Source: Clostridiales bacterium
Lineage (GTDB): Bacteria; Bacillota; Clostridia; Peptostreptococcales; Acidaminobacteraceae
Assembly: GCA_021107455.1 (NCBI GenBank)
Contig: JAIOSU010000212.1
Location: 5,123-69,122, forward strand
DNA: 64,000 nt
Direction: 5' to 3'
Part shown: positions 30,037-38,557 of the stretch, piece by piece
Layout: each line of letters opens with the position of its first letter
How positions within the stretch are numbered: the first letter of the stretch is position 1
Position numbers and translations under genes: made by a program
Notes under the pieces: model-generated
Databases searched by the model: none
Seen by the model: the letters and a program-made list of their open reading frames with translations, nothing else
What the model was told of the DNA's origin: nothing

Positions 30037-31092
30037 ATGGGACTTTTTGATTTTATCAAAGGTGAATTTATTGAAGTTGTCCACTTTGAGGACGAGAGTC
30101 AAGATACGATGGTTTATAAATTCCCCATTAAAGGGAAGCAACAAATAAAAGAGAATGCACAGTTGATCGTCAGACCATCTCAAATGGCTATTTTTGTATA
30201 TGAAGGTAAAATTGCAGATGTTTATGAACCTGGAAAATACAGCCTTAATACCGATACAATGCCGATCATGACTACACTTTCAAATTGGAAGACATTATTT
30301 GAGAATCATTTCAAAACAGATGTTTACTTTATTAATATGAAACAATTCATCAATCAAAAATGGGGAACGACCAACCCGATCATGATGAGAGATGCGGATT
30401 TTGGAATATTGAGACTTAGAGGTTTTGGAGTTTACTCCTTCAGAGTTAAAGAACCTGTGACCTTTTTAAAGGAAGTATTCGGATCCAACAAGTTTTATAC
30501 TGTGAACGAAGTCAATGAACATTTGAAGAGTCTTGTCGTATCATCAGTATCTGATGTGCTTGCAGAAGCAGGGATTCCCGCAATCGATCTTGCGACCCAA
30601 TATGATGAGATAGGAAGAGTCGCTCAGGCAAGAATTCTGGAACGATTTTCAGTATACGGATTAACCATTTCAGATTTTGTGATTGAGAACCTTTCATTAC
30701 CGGAATCTGTCGAAGAGGCTATAGACAAACGTACTCAGATGGGTGCACTTGGAGACCTCAATCAGTATATGAAGTTCCAAACAGCTGAAGCCATAAGAGA
30801 CGCTGCGAAAAATGAAGGCGGAGGAATGGCGGGTATGGGTGCCGGTATGGGCGCTGGAATGGGTATTGGAAATATGATGGCAGGTGCCATGGCTGGAGCC
30901 GTCACGACTACTACAGAGAAGGAAGTCCCAAAAGTTATGGTAAGGTGTCAAGATTGTGGTCACTTAGTGGATGAGAACGCTAAATTCTGCGCTGATTGCG
31001 GAGCGAGTATGGTTAAAAAATGCGCTGAGTGTGGCGCGTCACTTGTAGGCAATCCGAAATTCTGTCCAGAATGTGGCAGCAAGCAAGCATAG
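30037..31092 (+). CDS. SPFH-domain protein with a Gly/Met-rich linker and C-terminal double zinc ribbon (COG4260 / B. subtilis YdjI-like)
   Basis: MGLFDFIKGEFIEVV...IVRPSQMAIFVYEGK... SPFH core. GGGMAGMGAGMGAGMGIG linker. CQDCGHLVDENAKFCADCG and CAECGASLVGNPKFCPECG. Confidence 0.75.
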   Translation: MGLFDFIKGEFIEVVHFEDESQDTMVYKFPIKGKQQIKENAQLIVRPSQMAIFVYEGKIADVYEPGKYSLNTDTMPIMTTLSNWKTLFENHFKTDVYFINMKQFINQKWGTTNPIMMRDADFGILRLRGFGVYSFRVKEPVTFLKEVFGSNKFYTVNEVNEHLKSLVVSSVSDVLAEAGIPAIDLATQYDEIGRVAQARILERFSVYGLTISDFVIENLSLPESVEEAIDKRTQMGALGDLNQYMKFQTAEAIRDAAKNEGGGMAGMGAGMGAGMGIGNMMAGAMAGAVTTTTEKEVPKVMVRCQDCGHLVDENAKFCADCGASMVKKCAECGASLVGNPKFCPECGSKQA

Positions 31093-31102
31093 GGAGGTAA
31101 AC

Positions 31103-32182
31103 ATGACTGACAGAACACAGGTCAATATGTGTCCTTCCTGTGGCGGAATGATGAGATTTGATCCAGAGTCGGGGCATTTGAAATGTGATTACTGCGACAC
31201 TTTGACAACTATTGAGCGAGCTGAAGTGGAAATTGTCGAACATGGACTAAAGGGTGTTCTCGAAGAGGGGGTCCATTCATGGTCGGACGATGATGTCAAA
31301 TCGATTTCATGCAAAAATTGTGGTGCCGAGCTTGTATTTGAAGCCCATAACAGTGCCAAATTCTGCAATTATTGCGGTTCATCTCATATTAGTGAACATC
31401 AACTGGAAAAAACGATTCCACCAGGATACCTGGTGCCATTCAAAATCACAGAAAAAGAGGCCGGAACCAGATTTGTGGAGTGGCTCAAAAAGAGATGGTT
31501 TGCACCGTCGGATCTAAAGTCTTCCTATAAGAATGACCGACTGAAAGGTACATATGTCCCATACTGGACTTACGATACAGATTCCCGTTCTTATTACACT
31601 GCTCAAAGAGGGGATTACTACTATGTTACGAAGACAAGAACAGTAAATGGAAAGACTGAGACCTACCAAGAGCGCCACACGAGATGGACAAATGTCAGTG
31701 GCCACTATAACCGGTTTTTTGATGACGTTCTTGTTTGTGCCTCCTCAAAGATTGATGGAACGGTCCTTCATAAACTTGACGGATTCGGTCTCAGTGAACT
31801 TGAAACCTATAAACCGGAATATCTTTCAGGATTTTTTGCAGAAAGATACAGTGTTCCTCTGGATACAGGGTGGGAGGAAGGCAAAAGAATGATTGAAAGC
31901 ATGCTGGAATCCGACATAAGACATAGAATCGGAGGCGATACGATCCGAATGCTGAACATCCAGTCCGATTATCATGCGGTGACATTCAAACACATCTTAT
32001 TGCCGGTATGGATGTCGAGCTATTTGTATAAAAGCAAAAGCTATATTTTTATGATCAATGGCCAAAACGGAGAAGTGGAAGGAACTTATCCGAAGAGTGC
32101 ACTGAAAATTGCTCTGGCAGTTTTGGCGGTAGTAGTTATAGTATTTGTACTTTATGTATTTATATCAAGTAATTTTTTGTGA
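31103..32182 (+). CDS. Multi-zinc-ribbon protein with a C-terminal TM anchor (B. subtilis YdjG-like)
   Basis: CPSCGGMMRF...CDYCD and CKNCGAEL...CNYCGS ribbons. C-terminal TM segment IALAVLAVVVIVFVLYVFI. GGGAGG RBS before ATG 31103. Confidence 0.6.
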   Translation: MTDRTQVNMCPSCGGMMRFDPESGHLKCDYCDTLTTIERAEVEIVEHGLKGVLEEGVHSWSDDDVKSISCKNCGAELVFEAHNSAKFCNYCGSSHISEHQLEKTIPPGYLVPFKITEKEAGTRFVEWLKKRWFAPSDLKSSYKNDRLKGTYVPYWTYDTDSRSYYTAQRGDYYYVTKTRTVNGKTETYQERHTRWTNVSGHYNRFFDDVLVCASSKIDGTVLHKLDGFGLSELETYKPEYLSGFFAERYSVPLDTGWEEGKRMIESMLESDIRHRIGGDTIRMLNIQSDYHAVTFKHILLPVWMSSYLYKSKSYIFMINGQNGEVEGTYPKSALKIALAVLAVVVIVFVLYVFISSNFL

Positions 32183-32279
32183 AACAAAAAATCGCGTAGG
32201 TAAGTTTCCGAAGGAAACTTATTAGCGCCACAGCTGACATCTCGAGATGTTACTGAAGCGAAACTATACTAACATGAAA

Positions 32280-32323
32280 CAGCTACAGTTTTCAGCAAAG
32301 CTGAAAATCGTAGCTGTTTTTTT
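32280..32323 (+). terminator. Intrinsic terminator (copy A of two related hairpins)
   Basis: CAGCTACAG-TTTTCAGC-aaa-GCTGAAAA-TCGTAGCTG followed by T7. Confidence 0.7.
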
Positions 32324-32394
32324 ATGTCAATCCAAATCATTAGTATCAGCATAAACTTGTGGCTCCTGTGTTTGTAAACAAACACTACGTCGCC

Positions 32395-32434
32395 CGATAT
32401 TTCAGCTTGCTGAAATATCGTAGATGATTTTTTA
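32395..32434 (+). terminator. Second terminator-like hairpin (copy B, related to copy A)
   Basis: CGATATTTCAGC-tt-GCTGAAATATCG, then TAGATGA and T6. Confidence 0.5.
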
Positions 32435-32464
32435 TTGCCAAAATCACAAATCTCTGAGATAATG

Positions 32465-32494
32465 TATATGAGCATATTTGAATATACTCATATA
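32465..32494 (+). promoter_or_regulatory. ArsR operator, 14-2-14 inverted repeat
   Basis: TATATGAGCATATT-tg-AATATACTCATATA, one mismatch between arms. Lies 18 nt upstream of the arsR start. The architecture matches the 12-2-12 type sites of ArsR/SmtB repressors. Confidence 0.65.
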
Positions 32495-32511
32495 GTTTAC
32501 CGGAGGTTAGT

Positions 32512-32907
32512 ATGACAGAGCTGTTTAAAGCACTTGGTGATGAAAACCGATTGAGACTTTTAAATGTACTGGACCAAAAGGCGTTATGCGTCTGTGAAAT
32601 AGAAGTGCTGCTTGGGATGTCCCAATCCAATGCTTCTAGACACCTAAGCAAATTGAGGGCAGTGGGGATACTATCCTCGGAAAAAGATGCACAATGGGTG
32701 CATTACAAGATATCGGATGACTTTATCAAGTTGAATCGAGAGTTGTATTTGTTTTTGAAGGAAGGTTTCCAGAAAGGCGAATCCTTCATCAATGATTTGC
32801 AAAGGCTTGAAATTTATACGAAAAAAGGTCTGAATTGTCAGTATATCGCCAATGACAAAGACTATGTGCTAAGAGAAATAGATATTCATTTAAAGAAGGA
32901 GGCGTAA
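32512..32907 (+). CDS. arsR: ArsR-family arsenic-responsive repressor
   Basis: FKALGDENRLRLLNVLDQKALCVCEIEVLLGMSQSNASRHLSKLR (CVC metalloid site). Confidence 0.85.
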   Translation: MTELFKALGDENRLRLLNVLDQKALCVCEIEVLLGMSQSNASRHLSKLRAVGILSSEKDAQWVHYKISDDFIKLNRELYLFLKEGFQKGESFINDLQRLEIYTKKGLNCQYIANDKDYVLREIDIHLKKEA

Positions 32908-32908
32908 A

Positions 32909-33970
32909 ATGTCTGAAATCAAAGATTTGACAGTCAAGGATGAGATGGGTGTATTTGGCAGATACTTGTCGGTTTGGGTGGCACTATGTATTGTGGTCGG
33001 TGTTGCCATAGGAAGATTTCTCCCAATGATTCCGGAGACACTAAGCAGATTTGAGTACGCCAATGTTTCAATTCCTGTTGCGATATTGATCTGGCTCATG
33101 ATTTATCCTATGATGCTGAAAGTTGACTTTTCCAGCATTGTCAATGCCACAAAAAAACCGAAGGGTTTGACGGTCACTTGTGTGACCAATTGGTTGATCA
33201 AACCATTTACCATGTATATCATTGCCGCATTCTTTCTCAAGGTACTTTTTGCACCATGGATTGGTGAATCCCTTGCGAACGAATACCTTGCTGGAGCCGT
33301 GCTTCTTGGAGCCGCACCTTGTACAGCGATGGTTTTTGTATGGAGTCACCTCACCAAAGGAGACCCTGCTTATACAGTGGTTCAAGTGGCTGTGAATGAT
33401 TTAATACTACTCGTTCTGTTTGCTCCAATAGTTGCTTTTTTGCTGGGAGTGACAGATGTGACAGTACCATATGACACACTATTTTTATCCGTTGCATTAT
33501 TTGTTGTCATTCCGCTTTTCTTTGGGTATATTTCACGTAGAATTGTAATCAAAAATAAAGGAATGGAATATTTTGAAAATGTATTTCTCAAGAAATTCGA
33601 TCAGACTACAATTATCGGATTATTGTTGACACTCATCATTATTTTTTCATTCCAAGGAGAAATCATTTTAAGTAACCCTGCTCATATTCTATTGATCGCA
33701 ATTCCACTCACCATTCAGACATTTTTAATTTTCACAGTAGCATATGTATGGTCAAGAGTATGGAAATTGCCTCATGATATAGCTGCACCAGCTGCAATGA
33801 TAGGTGCGAGTAATTTTTTTGAACTTGCGGTAGCCGTTGCGATCTCATTATTCGGTTTGACATCTGGAGCCACTCTTGCCACCGTTGTTGGTGTATTGGT
33901 GGAAGTTCCGGTCATGTTGACACTAGTTAAGATTGCCAATAAGACAAAAGGCTGGTTTAAGACTGCCTGA
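32909..33970 (+). CDS. acr3: Arsenite efflux permease, ACR3 family
   Basis: FGRYLSVWVALCIVVGVAIG...MIYPMMLKVDF...GAAPCTAMVFVW, typical of Acr3. Confidence 0.88.
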   Translation: MSEIKDLTVKDEMGVFGRYLSVWVALCIVVGVAIGRFLPMIPETLSRFEYANVSIPVAILIWLMIYPMMLKVDFSSIVNATKKPKGLTVTCVTNWLIKPFTMYIIAAFFLKVLFAPWIGESLANEYLAGAVLLGAAPCTAMVFVWSHLTKGDPAYTVVQVAVNDLILLVLFAPIVAFLLGVTDVTVPYDTLFLSVALFVVIPLFFGYISRRIVIKNKGMEYFENVFLKKFDQTTIIGLLLTLIIIFSFQGEIILSNPAHILLIAIPLTIQTFLIFTVAYVWSRVWKLPHDIAAPAAMIGASNFFELAVAVAISLFGLTSGATLATVVGVLVEVPVMLTLVKIANKTKGWFKTA

Positions 33971-33987
33971 TCTGAAAGGAGATCCAT

Positions 33988-34398
33988 ATGAAATATAAAG
34001 TAGCATTTGTGTGTGTTCATAATTCCTGTAGAAGCCAAATGGCGGAAGGTTGGACAAAAAAACTTGGTAGTGATATTTTCGATGTGTATTCTGCAGGTAC
34101 TGAAGATTACCCGGAAGTCAAACCGCTTGCTGTCCAGGTCATGGAGGAAGTTGGTGTGGATATGAGTGAGCATAAACCTAAACTTCTCAGTGACATACCT
34201 AGTGAGCTCGATTTACTCATCACTATGGGATGCAATGTGGTTTGTCCGTTTGTTCCGAACCAACATTCTGAAGATTGGGGACTCGACGATCCATCGGGAG
34301 GGCCGATTGAAGGATTCAGAGAAACCCGTGAACTCATAAGGCAAAAGGTAGAGGAATTGATCCAGCGTGTGAAAACCGGAGAGATTGAACTGAAGTAA
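33988..34398 (+). CDS. arsC: Arsenate reductase, thioredoxin-coupled LMW-PTPase type
   Basis: KVAFVCVHNSCRSQMAEGW (CX5R P-loop) plus downstream Cys residues. Confidence 0.88.
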   Translation: MKYKVAFVCVHNSCRSQMAEGWTKKLGSDIFDVYSAGTEDYPEVKPLAVQVMEEVGVDMSEHKPKLLSDIPSELDLLITMGCNVVCPFVPNQHSEDWGLDDPSGGPIEGFRETRELIRQKVEELIQRVKTGEIELK

Positions 34399-34468
34399 TC
34401 GGATTAAATGTTTAAGCCCACCTGATTGACCGTATATATAAGATATATACTGGTTGGAGGTGGGCTTT

Positions 34469-34867
34469 ATGTTTGAATCGATTGAAATTAAAACTACACA
34501 AAAAAATGAAATGGTCGAAGTTCAAAAGGAAATCAAAACTTTTATTCAAAGAAGTGGAATTTTGCACGGGATCATTGTCATCACAGTACCTCATACCACT
34601 GCGGCCATTACACTCAGCAAGAATTATGATGAAGGTGTACAAAACGACGTGATGGTCGAGATGGAAGAACTGGTACCAAGAGAAGGCAAGTATACGCACA
34701 TCGAGGGCAATAGTTCAGCAAATGTAAAAGCTTCATTATTTGGTAATTCCGTGACTTTGATAATTGATGACGGAAGACTTGAACTCGGTATGTTCCAGTC
34801 TGTATTTCTTTGTGAATTCGATGGTCCGAGAAAAAGAAAATTATTTATGAAGATTATCGAGGGATAA
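34469..34867 (+). CDS. YjbQ/UPF0047-family protein (secondary thiamine-phosphate synthase family)
   Basis: VPHTTAAITLSKNYDEGVQND...GNSSANVKASLFG...GMFQSVFLCEFDGPRKR. Confidence 0.75.
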   Translation: MFESIEIKTTQKNEMVEVQKEIKTFIQRSGILHGIIVITVPHTTAAITLSKNYDEGVQNDVMVEMEELVPREGKYTHIEGNSSANVKASLFGNSVTLIIDDGRLELGMFQSVFLCEFDGPRKRKLFMKIIEG

Positions 34868-35761
34868 GTCACAAGGTTTCTCCATTTTCTTAAGGAGTTC
34901 TACAAAATCCTCAACAGCAGGTGACAGTGTCCGCCTTCTGTTTGTGAGGAGGTAGATGTGTCTGGTGATATTAAGTCCTCTGATCTGAAAATCTTTGATG
35001 TTGATGAAATTTCTGTAGCAGTTGAAGATGCTTTTTGACATGTATGAAATGCCTACATTTTCCGCGACGAGTTGTAAAGTCAGATTCATGTTGTCGATTT
35101 CAATGATGTTTTCAAGCATTGACACATCAATGCCTTGTTCAACCATGGCTCGTTCAAGATCGACTCTTGTGGCGGATTGATCAGTTCTTCCGATAAAATT
35201 ATGACCCGCAAGTTCAGATATTTCAACAACACCATCAAGTGGGGCGTCTTTTGAGCAGATAAAAACAAGTTCATCATCAAACAGATGAGTTGAGAAGAAA
35301 CGATCGCTCTCGACTTTCATCCCCACAAGTCCAAGATCGGAGTTTAGTGAGCAAACATCTTCAAGAATCAGAGTGGAACTTTTTTCCTCTATTATGAATT
35401 TGACGTCAGGATTCAGTTGTTGGAAAGCTTTGATCGCCCTTGGCAGAAGAACCAGATTTGGTGTGGTCGATGTAGATATATGAATAGATCCCGAGATAGT
35501 ATTTTCTGATGTCATTATATGATGAAGGGCTTTATTTTTCATATTGATCATGTCCAGTGCGTATGTCAAAAATTCTTTTCCCGAAGGTGTCAGATTCACT
35601 TCTTTTGATGTCCGGTCAAACAATGAAACGGACAACTCTTTTTCCAAATTGGATATATGAAGACTTATGGTGGGCTGGGATAAATAAAGAGCTTTTCCCG
35701 CTTTGGAAAAATTCTTATATTTTGCCACATTCACAAATGCTTCAAGTTGTCTAAAATCCAT
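34841..35761 (-). CDS. LysR-family transcriptional regulator
   Basis: MDFRQLEAFVNVAKYKNFSKAGKALYLSQPTISLHISNLEKEL. Divergent from the cysK leader. The 3' end overlaps the yjbQ end by 27 nt. Confidence 0.85.
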   Translation of the reverse strand: MDFRQLEAFVNVAKYKNFSKAGKALYLSQPTISLHISNLEKELSVSLFDRTSKEVNLTPSGKEFLTYALDMINMKNKALHHIMTSENTISGSIHISTSTTPNLVLLPRAIKAFQQLNPDVKFIIEEKSSTLILEDVCSLNSDLGLVGMKVESDRFFSTHLFDDELVFICSKDAPLDGVVEISELAGHNFIGRTDQSATRVDLERAMVEQGIDVSMLENIIEIDNMNLTLQLVAENVGISYMSKSIFNCYRNFINIKDFQIRGLNITRHIYLLTNRRRTLSPAVEDFVELLKKMEKPCDLSLDNLHK

Positions 35762-35866
35762 AAAATCACCTCTGTGAAAGTATTTTAACACAACTTTACA
35801 GAAAATAATACATGTAGAGTTATTTTTTTAACAATGGGATTTGACAAAAAAATCTAAAAATAACTG

Positions 35867-35895
35867 TTGACAGATATAAATTCATCTAGTAAAAT
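35867..35895 (+). promoter_or_regulatory. Sigma-A type promoter of the cysK leader
   Basis: TTGACA-17 nt-TAAAAT. Confidence 0.6.
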
Positions 35896-35939
35896 TAGTT
35901 TAATTAATTCAGACTAGATTAGTGGGGATTAAACAAATT

Positions 35940-36187
35940 AAAGGTTATGAAGAAGGAAAGTAGATTTGCCGTAGACTTAGCAGAGAGAAAACCATTGGTG
36001 AGAGGTTTTTAGTCAAAGTGATTCGAAGTGCCCTTCGGAACTGTGTACCGAAGTCTAGTAGGCTGCACCGGGTTTCTCCCGTTATTGAGATAGAGCATGG
36101 TGTGCTCGAAGAGTGGATATTTCAATTAGAGTGGAACCGCGGAGTTTAGCTTCGTCTCTTGACAAAGAGACGGGGCTTTTTTTGTAT
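35940..36187 (+). promoter_or_regulatory. T-box leader (tRNA-sensing riboswitch), probable Cys specifier, with terminator
   Basis: GA/K-turn-like UGAAGAAGGAAAGUAG. AGAGA plus GGUGAGAG distal motifs (35983-36005). AGUA..UGC-A candidate specifier (TGC at 36064-36066). T-box sequence AGAGTGGAACCGCGG (36128-36142). Terminator CGTCTCTT-gaca-AAGAGACG plus a T-run (36153-36187). Confidence 0.78.
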
Positions 36188-36213
36188 AATAAAAGTATAA
36201 AGGATGGTAAATT

Positions 36214-37125
36214 ATGAAATTTAATAATTCGATTGAATTGATTGGTAAAACACCTATAGTTAAACTGAATAAAGTAGTCGAGCCAGGTATGGCTGATGTA
36301 TATGTAAAGCTTGAGGGCTTTAACCTCACAGGCAGTGTCAAAGTCAGAGCTGCCTATGGAATGATAGGTGGTGCGGAACGTGACGGTCTTTTGAAACCGG
36401 GAATGACCATTGTCGAACCAACCAGCGGCAACACTGGAATAGCGCTTGCTTTAATCGGCAAGATGAAAGGATACAGAGTTGTGATCGTCATGCCAGAGAC
36501 AATGAGTGTGGAGCGTCGTAACATCATCAAATCCTATGGTGCGGATCTGATCCTTACAGATGGTGCCAAAGGAATGACTGGAGCGATTAATGAAGCCACT
36601 AGATTGTCAGAGGAGAGTGGTTATTACATGCCACAACAATTCAAAAATAAGTATAATAGCCAGATTCATTACGAAACTACAGCAGAGGAAATTATTGAAG
36701 ATTTTGAACATCTGGACGCATTCGTAGCGACTGTGGGTACTGGAGGTACAATCACCGGGGTTGGTCGAAAGTTGAGAGAGAAAATGGTAAGCACTCAAAT
36801 TTTTGCTGTGGAACCTGAAGAATCGAAAGTGCTATCTGGTGGTACTCCCGGACCACATAAAATTCAGGGAATCGGTGCAGGTTTTGTCCCCACAATCCTG
36901 GATGTGGATTTATATGATGAAATCATCACTGTAAGCAGTGAGGAATCCTTCATCATGACCAAAAGACTTTTGGATGAAGAGGGTCTTTTCCTGGGGATTT
37001 CATCAGGAGCCGCAGTAGTGGCCGCACTGAAAGTGGCGAGGAGACTGGGCGAAGGCAAGTCGGTTCTCACAGTATCTCCTGACAATGGCGACAAATATAT
37101 ATCCAATCAAGTGTTCAACAATTAA
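36214..37125 (+). CDS. cysK: Cysteine synthase A (O-acetylserine sulfhydrylase)
   Basis: IGKTPIVKLN...NLTGSVKVRAA (PLP Lys)...EPTSGNTGIALA...GTGGTITG. Confidence 0.92.
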   Translation: MKFNNSIELIGKTPIVKLNKVVEPGMADVYVKLEGFNLTGSVKVRAAYGMIGGAERDGLLKPGMTIVEPTSGNTGIALALIGKMKGYRVVIVMPETMSVERRNIIKSYGADLILTDGAKGMTGAINEATRLSEESGYYMPQQFKNKYNSQIHYETTAEEIIEDFEHLDAFVATVGTGGTITGVGRKLREKMVSTQIFAVEPEESKVLSGGTPGPHKIQGIGAGFVPTILDVDLYDEIITVSSEESFIMTKRLLDEEGLFLGISSGAAVVAALKVARRLGEGKSVLTVSPDNGDKYISNQVFNN

Positions 37126-37138
37126 GATGGAGGAAAAC

Positions 37139-37717
37139 ATGTTTAAAAATATAAAAGATTATTTTAAGAATGTCAAAGACAATGACCCAGCGGCACATAG
37201 TTACTGGGAAGTGCTCCTTTATCCCACAGTTCATGCTGTGGCACTCTATAGAGTGGCAAATAAGCTCTATGGATTGAGGATGTTTTTTATCGCCAGATTC
37301 ATATCTCAGTTTGCAAGATTGATCACAGGTATCGAGATCCACCCTGGAGCGACTATAGGTAAAGCATTGTTCATAGATCATGGTATGGGTGTTGTGATAG
37401 GAGAAACCAGCGTTATTGGCGATTATGTGACTATCTATCAAGGTGTCACACTCGGAGGTACTGGAAAAGATAAAGGAAAGAGACATCCAAGTGTCGGTGA
37501 TCGGGTTGTGATCGGAGCTGGCGCAAAAATTCTCGGACCTATTCATTTGGCATCGGGAAGTAAAATCGGTGCAGGATCAGTTGTGCTCACTGATACTAGA
37601 ACAGAATCAACAGGTGTTGGTGTTCCGGCCAGGGTTATCGGAGGAAGAGACAGCGCTGTGATTCCCATAGAAATGTACAAAGAGAAAGTACAGATCTATA
37701 ATGATATGGTCATATGA
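37139..37717 (+). CDS. cysE: Serine O-acetyltransferase
   Basis: DPAAHSYWEVLLYPTVHAVALYRVA...IHPGATIG...FIDHGMGVVIGET, hexapeptide repeats. GGAGGA RBS before ATG 37139. Confidence 0.9.
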   Translation: MFKNIKDYFKNVKDNDPAAHSYWEVLLYPTVHAVALYRVANKLYGLRMFFIARFISQFARLITGIEIHPGATIGKALFIDHGMGVVIGETSVIGDYVTIYQGVTLGGTGKDKGKRHPSVGDRVVIGAGAKILGPIHLASGSKIGAGSVVLTDTRTESTGVGVPARVIGGRDSAVIPIEMYKEKVQIYNDMVI

Positions 37718-37807
37718 AGAGAAAAGTAACATATGTTACCGAAGGAAACCTGGCTTCAGTGTATGATGAGGACATAAAGTGAGAATAAATTCTGGAGGGA
37801 TCATATA

Positions 37808-38557
37808 ATGAAAAGAAATGTAATAGAGATCAATGAAGAAACCTGTATCGGTTGTGGACTTTGTGCGACAGCGTGTATGCAAGGTGCAATAGAAATCATC
37901 GACGGTAAAGCGAAGCTTGTCAGCGAATCCTATTGTGACGGGCTCGGTATGTGTCTTCCCAAATGTCCGGTGGATGCCATCCACATGGTTGAAAAGGATA
38001 CGGATACATTTGATGACAGCAGAAAGAATATCAAGGCCAAAACACATGATCATGGTGAAGAAGGATGCGGTTGTGCCGGTTCTGCAGCCAAGACCATTGA
38101 AAGAAAACCCATTACGACTTTTGAGCTTCAAACTGTAAAGACCATCACCAACACAGCACCTCAAAAGACTTCAGAGCCGACGGGATTCATTGGTTCTGAG
38201 TTGATGCAATGGCCTGTTCAGCTTAGACTTGTCAGCCCCAATGCTCCGTATTTCAAAGATGCTGATCTTTTGGTGGCAGCGGACTGTACCGCTTTTGCCT
38301 ATGGAGATTTTCATAGGGATTTCATCAAAGATAAAGTGACTGTGATTGGATGTCCAAAGCTGGATGACAACAATTACAATATCGATAAAATTGCTGAAAT
38401 ATTGACTGCCAACACCATCAAGAGTATCACGGTTGTCCGTATGGAAGTGCCATGCTGTAACGGTATCATTCATGCTGTAAAAGAAGCGATGTTAAAATCA
38501 AAATGCATAGTTCCTTACCGTGAAGTCACAATCTCAACGGATGGAAGAATCAAATAA
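37808..38557 (+). CDS. 4Fe-4S dicluster ferredoxin-domain protein with a conserved Cys-containing C-terminal domain; function unknown
   Basis: CIGCGLCATAC and CDGLGMCLPKCP cluster motifs. C-terminal QWPVQLRLV...AADCTAFA...IGCPKLDD...VPCCNG. Confidence 0.6.
   Translation: MKRNVIEINEETCIGCGLCATACMQGAIEIIDGKAKLVSESYCDGLGMCLPKCPVDAIHMVEKDTDTFDDSRKNIKAKTHDHGEEGCGCAGSAAKTIERKPITTFELQTVKTITNTAPQKTSEPTGFIGSELMQWPVQLRLVSPNAPYFKDADLLVAADCTAFAYGDFHRDFIKDKVTVIGCPKLDDNNYNIDKIAEILTANTIKSITVVRMEVPCCNGIIHAVKEAMLKSKCIVPYREVTISTDGRIK

Noticed and set aside
32274-32354. A 26-aa ORF (MKQLQFSAKLKIVAVFLCQSKSLVSA) spanning terminator hairpin A, considered as a small hydrophobic peptide or type I toxin.
   Set aside because: No Shine-Dalgarno sequence upstream (ctatactaac). 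The ORF is largely made of the two arms of the terminator stem, so it is probably fortuitous.
37726-37739. Perfect 14-nt palindrome GTAACATATGTTAC between cysE and the 4Fe-4S gene.
   Set aside because: It is short and AT-rich, has no U-tract (so it is not a terminator), and matches no regulator consensus I recognise. It may be an operator, but the evidence is insufficient.
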